Below, piece by piece: positions 59,522-64,000 of a stretch of DNA of 64,000 nt. The translations under genes were made by a program, and so were the position numbers. Location of the stretch: contig JBAWXG010000001.1 in the NCBI GenBank assembly GCA_037144195.1, positions 3,569 through 67,568 on the forward strand, in the 5' to 3' direction. Source of the DNA: Synechococcus sp. ELA057 (lineage in GTDB: Bacteria > Cyanobacteriota > Cyanobacteriia > PCC-6307 > Cyanobiaceae). Each line of letters starts with the position of its first letter. Within the stretch, counting starts at the first letter, position 1. The notes beneath the pieces are model-generated. The model had not been told where the DNA came from and made no database searches. It saw nothing but the letters and a program-made list of their open reading frames with translations.

Positions 59522-60007
59522 ATGCCGCAGCCTCCCCCACCCCTGCCCCCTGCCCTGCAGCGGCTCTGGATGGAGCGGCTGCTGCGGCTCGCCGCCAGAG
59601 TCGGAGCGGAAGGGGAGATCCCCGTGGCGGCGGTCCTTCTCGATGGCCAGGCCCGCGCCCTCGGCTGGGGCTGCAACCGCCGCGAGCGGCAGCAGGATCC
59701 CCTCGGTCACGCCGAACTGGTGGCCCTGAGACAGGCCGCCGCCAGCCGCCGCGACTGGCGTTTCAACGACTGCACCCTGCTGGTGACCCTGGAGCCCTGC
59801 CCGATGTGCGCCGGTGCCCTGATCCAGGCCCGGGTGGGACGGGTGCTCTACGGAGCCAGCGACCCCAAACGCGGGGCGCTGGGGGGCTGCCTGGATCTGG
59901 CCGCAGACCCGAGCGCCCATCACCGGATGAGCGTGGAGGGGGGCCTGCTGGACAGCCAGGCCCAGGCGATGCTCAGCAACTGGTTCCGCCAGCGCCGGGC
60001 GCTCTGA
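59522..60007 (+). CDS. tadA: tRNA adenosine(34) deaminase
   Basis: [22 protein letters not shown] and DPKRGA. Confidence 0.9.
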   Translation: MPQPPPPLPPALQRLWMERLLRLAARVGAEGEIPVAAVLLDGQARALGWGCNRRERQQDPLGHAELVALRQAAASRRDWRFNDCTLLVTLEPCPMCAGALIQARVGRVLYGASDPKRGALGGCLDLAADPSAHHRMSVEGGLLDSQAQAMLSNWFRQRRAL

Positions 60008-60034
60008 GCCTCAGGCCGGCGAAACCCCGTGGCC

Positions 60035-61213
60035 TCAGGCCACGGTGGCCATGGCGGGTGCGGCGGAACGGAAGGCCGGAAGTTCGGTCTCGAGCAGGTT
60101 GAGCAGCCGGTCCACGTTCTCCGGTTGGCTGTTGAAGCCCATCAGGCCGATGCGCCAGACCTTGCCGGCCAGGGCACCGAGGCCGCCGCCGATCTCGATG
60201 CCGTGGCGATCGAGCAGGTGGCGGCTGAACGCTTTGCCATCCACGCCCTCAGGAATGCAGACCGTGGTGAGGGTGGGCAGACGCAGCTCCTCGCGCACAT
60301 GCAGCGACAGCCCGAGTCGCTCCAGACCGGCCCAGAGGCGTTCGGCATTGCTGCGATGCCGGGTCCAGGCGGCGTCGAGTCCCTCTTCCGCCAGCAGGCG
60401 CAGCGCCTCCCGCATGCCGAAGTTCATGTTCACCGGAGCGGTGTGGTGGTACACCCGATCGCTGCCCCAGTACTGATTGAGCAGGGAGACATCGAGATAC
60501 CAGTTGGGCACCTTGCCGCTGCGCCCGGCCAGCTTCGCCTCGGCCCGCGGCCCCATGGTGAAGGGCCCGAGGCCCGGAGGGCAGCTCAGGCCCTTCTGGC
60601 TGCAGCTGTAGGCCAGATCGACCTTCCAGGCATCGAGAAACAGGGGAACGCCGCCGAGGGAGGTGACCGTATCGAGCAGCAGCAGGCAGTCGTGCTGACG
60701 GCACAGATCCCCGATGCCCTCCATCGGCTGGCAGACGCCGGTGGAGGTTTCGGCGTGCACCATCGCCAGGATCGCCGGCCGGTGCGTGGTGAGGGCCTGC
60801 TCGATCTGATCGAGGCTGAAGGCCTCGCCCCAGGGGCAGTCGATCGTCACGACCCTGGCGCCATAACGCGAGGCCATGTCGGCCTGACGCAGCCCGAAGT
60901 AACCCTTGACCGCCACCAGCACCGTGTCACCGGGCTCGATCGTGTTGGCCAGGGTGGCCTCCATGGCGGCGCTGCCGGTGCCGCTCATCGGAATCGTGAG
61001 GCGATTGTCCGTCTGCCAGGCGTAACGCAGAAGCTCCTGGACCTCCCCCATCAGCTCGAGATAGAGCGGATCGAGGTGGCCGATCGGCATCCGCGAGAGG
61101 GCCTCGAGGACGGTGGGATGGGCGTTGGAGGGTCCGGGACCGAGCAGCAGGCGCGCAGGCGTGGCGATCGGATCGAGGTGGATCCGATGGGAGGAATCGA
61201 CGGGAAGCTGCAC
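60035..61213 (-). CDS. Alanine/serine-glyoxylate aminotransferase (class V)
   Basis: [43 protein letters not shown] and YHHTAP. Confidence 0.93.
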   Translation of the reverse strand: MQLPVDSSHRIHLDPIATPARLLLGPGPSNAHPTVLEALSRMPIGHLDPLYLELMGEVQELLRYAWQTDNRLTIPMSGTGSAAMEATLANTIEPGDTVLVAVKGYFGLRQADMASRYGARVVTIDCPWGEAFSLDQIEQALTTHRPAILAMVHAETSTGVCQPMEGIGDLCRQHDCLLLLDTVTSLGGVPLFLDAWKVDLAYSCSQKGLSCPPGLGPFTMGPRAEAKLAGRSGKVPNWYLDVSLLNQYWGSDRVYHHTAPVNMNFGMREALRLLAEEGLDAAWTRHRSNAERLWAGLERLGLSLHVREELRLPTLTTVCIPEGVDGKAFSRHLLDRHGIEIGGGLGALAGKVWRIGLMGFNSQPENVDRLLNLLETELPAFRSAAPAMATVA

Positions 61214-61309
61214 GGGGGAGACCAAGACCGGGTTTGGACGGAAGAACCTGAGATTAAGGAAGCGGACCACCCGGATGGACCGACGGCCAGGGGGGCAGCA
61301 TCGGTGACC

Positions 61310-61831
61310 TCAGCGGGCGCGGACGTCGCTGGCGGCCAGACCGCGGCAGAGGTGATCGAAGGGAGCCCGGGCCAGGGCGGCGGCATCGGAGAGACCGGCA
61401 TCCGAGAGCATCTCCACCACCACCTCAGCCAGCAGGGCGATGGCGCGCACGGTGGGGCCTGTGGGTACGCCCAGGCTCTTGTAGGTGTCATCGAGGCCGT
61501 TCAGCACCCGCTCGTCGAGGATCGTGAGATCGTCGGCCACGAGGGCGTAGCTGGCGTAGCGCAGGAAGTAGTCCATGTCGCGGAGGCAGGCCGCCAGGCG
61601 CCGGGTGGTGTAGGCATTGCCACCGGGGAGGATCAGCTCGGGGTTATCGAGCCACAGGCGCTGGGAGGCCTCGCGGACGATGCCGGCCGCTTCCCGGTTG
61701 ATCAGCTCCACCGCCAGCAGCCGCTGGGCGGCCTGGCCGTAATAGCTGTCGATGCGATCGATCGCGGCGCGATCCAGATACCGGCCCAACTGGTCATACC
61801 GGCCGATCACACCGCTGATGGCATCCCGCAT
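61310..61831 (-). CDS. apcF: Allophycocyanin beta-18 subunit
   Basis: MRDAI...YDQLGRYLD, PGGNAYTTRRLAACLRDMDY and GLDDTYKSLGVP. Confidence 0.93.
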   Translation of the reverse strand: MRDAISGVIGRYDQLGRYLDRAAIDRIDSYYGQAAQRLLAVELINREAAGIVREASQRLWLDNPELILPGGNAYTTRRLAACLRDMDYFLRYASYALVADDLTILDERVLNGLDDTYKSLGVPTGPTVRAIALLAEVVVEMLSDAGLSDAAALARAPFDHLCRGLAASDVRAR

Positions 61832-62033
61832 GGTGGGTCAGGAATCGAGGCACCTGGAGCGGAAGGTAGCACTCATGAATCGCCAGATTCCTGTGCTGGG
61901 GCTGGATCTGGGCACATTGACAGAAACGGTTACGCGATCCCTCCGCGGGCCATGGCCAGGGATCGAAGCCACCGCCGGCGCACCATCCTGAGCCGGACAC
62001 GGGGGGCTGGAGGCAGGAAGAGAGCCTGAAATG

Positions 62034-62076
62034 GTTACACCGGATACAAAACGGGGCTTGGGGCGCTCCGTACGTT
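62034..62076 (+). promoter_or_regulatory. NtcA-activated (class II) promoter of glnA
   Basis: GTT-ACACCGGA-TAC at 62034-62047 followed 23 nt later by a TAN3T -10 box (TACGTT, 62071-62076). Confidence 0.8.
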
Positions 62077-62135
62077 CGCCTGGTCAAGGGAACACCCGGG
62101 CTCCATCCAGCCGTTCTCGCTCTCCTCCTCGATTT

Positions 62136-63554
62136 ATGGCCAACACCGCCCAGGACGTTCTTCGTCGCATCAAGGACGAAGGTATCGAGCTGATCGACCT
62201 GAAGTTCGTCGACCTGCACGGAAAGTGGCAGCACCTCACCGTCTGCAATGACCTGATCGATGAAGCGTCCTTCACCGAGGGCGTGGCCTTCGACGGCTCC
62301 TCGATCCGGGGCTGGAAGGCGATCAACGAATCCGACATGGCGATGGTGCCGGATCCCAACACCGCCTGGATCGATCCCTTCTACAGCCACAAGACCCTCA
62401 GCCTGATCTGCTCGATCCAGGAGCCCCGCAGCGGTCTCCCCTACGGCCGCTGCCCCCGCGCGCTGGCCCAGAAAGCGCTGGATTACCTGGGCACCACCGG
62501 TCTGGCCGACACCGCCTTCTTCGGTCCGGAGCCCGAGTTCTTCCTGTTCAACGACGTTCGCTACAAGAGCAGCAACGGCAGCAGCTTCTACAGCGTCGAT
62601 GCGGAGGAGGCCGCCTGGAACACCGACCGGATCGAGGAGGGAGGCAACCTCGCCTACAAGATCCAGCTGAAGGAGGGCTATTTCCCTGCAGCCCCCAACG
62701 ACACCTTGCAGGACGTGCGCAGCGAGATGCTGCTGACCATGGCCTCCCTGGGCGTGCCCGTGGAGAAGCAGCACCACGAGGTGGCCACCGGCCAGCACGA
62801 GCTGGGCATCAAGTTCGCCGAGCTGATCAGCGCGGCCGACAACGTGATGATCTACAAGTACGTCGTCCGCAACATCGCCAAGAAGTACGGCCTGTCGGCC
62901 ACCTTCATGCCCAAGCCGGTGTTCGCTGACAACGGCAGCGGCATGCACGTGCACCAGAGCCTGTGGAAGGGCGGTCAGCCCCTGTTCTTCGGCGAAGGCA
63001 CCTACGCCAACCTGTCGCAGACGGCCCGCTGGTACATCGGCGGCCTGCTGAAGCACGCCCCCAGCTTCCTGGCCTTCACCAACCCCACCACCAACAGCTA
63101 CAAGCGACTGGTGCCGGGCTTCGAGGCGCCTGTGAACCTGGTCTATTCCCAGGGCAACCGCTCGGCTGCGGTGCGCATCCCCCTCACCGGCCCCAGCCCC
63201 AAGGCCAAGCGCCTCGAGTTCCGTTCCGGCGATGCCCTCTCCAATCCCTACCTGGGCTTCGCGGCGATGCTGATGGCCGGCATCGACGGCATCCGCAACC
63301 AGATCGATCCCGGCGACGGCACCGACGTCGACCTGTTCGAGCTCTCCGCCGAGGAGCTCTCGAAGATCCGCACCGTGCCCGCCTCCCTCAACGGGGCCCT
63401 CGAGGCGCTCGACGCCGACAAGGACTACCTGCTGGCCGGCGGCGTGTTCACCGAGGACTTCATCAGCAACTGGATCGCCCTCAAGTACGAGGAGGTGCAG
63501 CAGCTGCGCCAGCGGCCTCACCCCCACGAGTTCGTGATGTACTACGACGCCTGA
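62136..63554 (+). CDS. glnA: Glutamine synthetase type I
   Basis: [44 protein letters not shown] and RLEFR. Confidence 0.98.
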   Translation: MANTAQDVLRRIKDEGIELIDLKFVDLHGKWQHLTVCNDLIDEASFTEGVAFDGSSIRGWKAINESDMAMVPDPNTAWIDPFYSHKTLSLICSIQEPRSGLPYGRCPRALAQKALDYLGTTGLADTAFFGPEPEFFLFNDVRYKSSNGSSFYSVDAEEAAWNTDRIEEGGNLAYKIQLKEGYFPAAPNDTLQDVRSEMLLTMASLGVPVEKQHHEVATGQHELGIKFAELISAADNVMIYKYVVRNIAKKYGLSATFMPKPVFADNGSGMHVHQSLWKGGQPLFFGEGTYANLSQTARWYIGGLLKHAPSFLAFTNPTTNSYKRLVPGFEAPVNLVYSQGNRSAAVRIPLTGPSPKAKRLEFRSGDALSNPYLGFAAMLMAGIDGIRNQIDPGDGTDVDLFELSAEELSKIRTVPASLNGALEALDADKDYLLAGGVFTEDFISNWIALKYEEVQQLRQRPHPHEFVMYYDA

Positions 63555-63581
63555 TCGGCGCCGCCACATCGCGCAAACGCC

Positions 63582-63609
63582 AAAGCCCCGGCCCCGGCCG
63601 GGGCTTTTT
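63582..63609 (+). terminator. Rho-independent terminator after glnA
   Basis: AAAGCCCCGGC-CCCG-GCCGGGGCTTTTT. Confidence 0.85.
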
Positions 63610-63719
63610 GCTGTCGTGCAGGCGCTGCCCATGGGCATGGCGCCCGGCTCCCGCGCCCAAGGCCGCATTCGCGGCCGCCATCCGCTGAAATGGGAGGCCC
63701 CGAGCCCAGGCGGCAACCG

Positions 63720-64000
63720 ATGGCCGACGTCGTGACCAAGCTGGCCTACCAGACCATGCAGCAGGGCAAGAGCCTGGTGGGACTGGTGCACAAGGAGACG
63801 AGCACCCGGCTGATGCAGCTGCTGATGCCCGCAGGCAGCCCCAGCACCGAGCCGCTGCCGCAGGGAGTGCTCAATGCCCTGCGGGCCTCGATGGACCGGT
63901 TGACCGAGCGCGACTGGCAGGAGGCCGAGGAGGGGGTCTACCCGAGCTCGCTGCTGTTCGACGCCCCCTGGCTCGACTGGGCCAGCCGCTATCCGTTGCT
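63720..64000 (+). CDS. Probable class I SAM-dependent methyltransferase, N-terminal part (runs off the window)
   Basis: MADVVTKLAYQTMQQGKSLVGLVHK...DWQEAEEGVYPSSLLFDAPW resembles the N-terminus of a cyanobacterial methyltransferase (from recall); the catalytic domain is not in the window. Confidence 0.6.
   Translation, partial: MADVVTKLAYQTMQQGKSLVGLVHKETSTRLMQLLMPAGSPSTEPLPQGVLNALRASMDRLTERDWQEAEEGVYPSSLLFDAPWLDWASRYPL

Noticed and set aside
60029-63791. 666-aa and 665-aa ORFs opposite agt/apcF and glnA
   Set aside because: Antisense shadows of well-supported genes.

Overview
High-GC picocyanobacterial DNA, most consistent with a freshwater Cyanobium/Synechococcus (inferred from pcyA, apcF, chlP, ccsB, sipA, FBP/SBPase glpX and the NtcA promoter of glnA). 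The window is densely coding and mostly core genome: thrC-like/MoaD, prx, purQS, hupE-cobW, upp, ilvD, pgl-gnd, glgC, hemA, glpX, rpe, ccsB, lptA-lptB/F, typA, chlP, ABC-2 exporter, glyS, sir, recG, rpsB-tsf, pcyA-devBCA, an M16 peptidase pair, bioY-lspA-PBP1A, tadA, agt, apcF and glnA. A small accessory-looking patch lies at about 3.0-8.0 kb. Non-coding features read directly from the sequence are a cobalamin riboswitch, the rpsB (t44-type) leader, an NtcA promoter and several terminators. I saw no rRNA, tRNA, CRISPR array, integrase or transposase. The observations most worth checking are an in-frame LptB-LptF/G fusion, a ThrC-like enzyme paired with a sulfur-carrier protein behind an Rrf2-like palindrome, a 51-aa Lys/Arg-rich ORF missed by the ORF track, a motif-degenerate Upp, and a 16-bp x3 repeat plus hairpin between glgC and gnd. 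All product calls come from motif recognition by eye; no searches were run.
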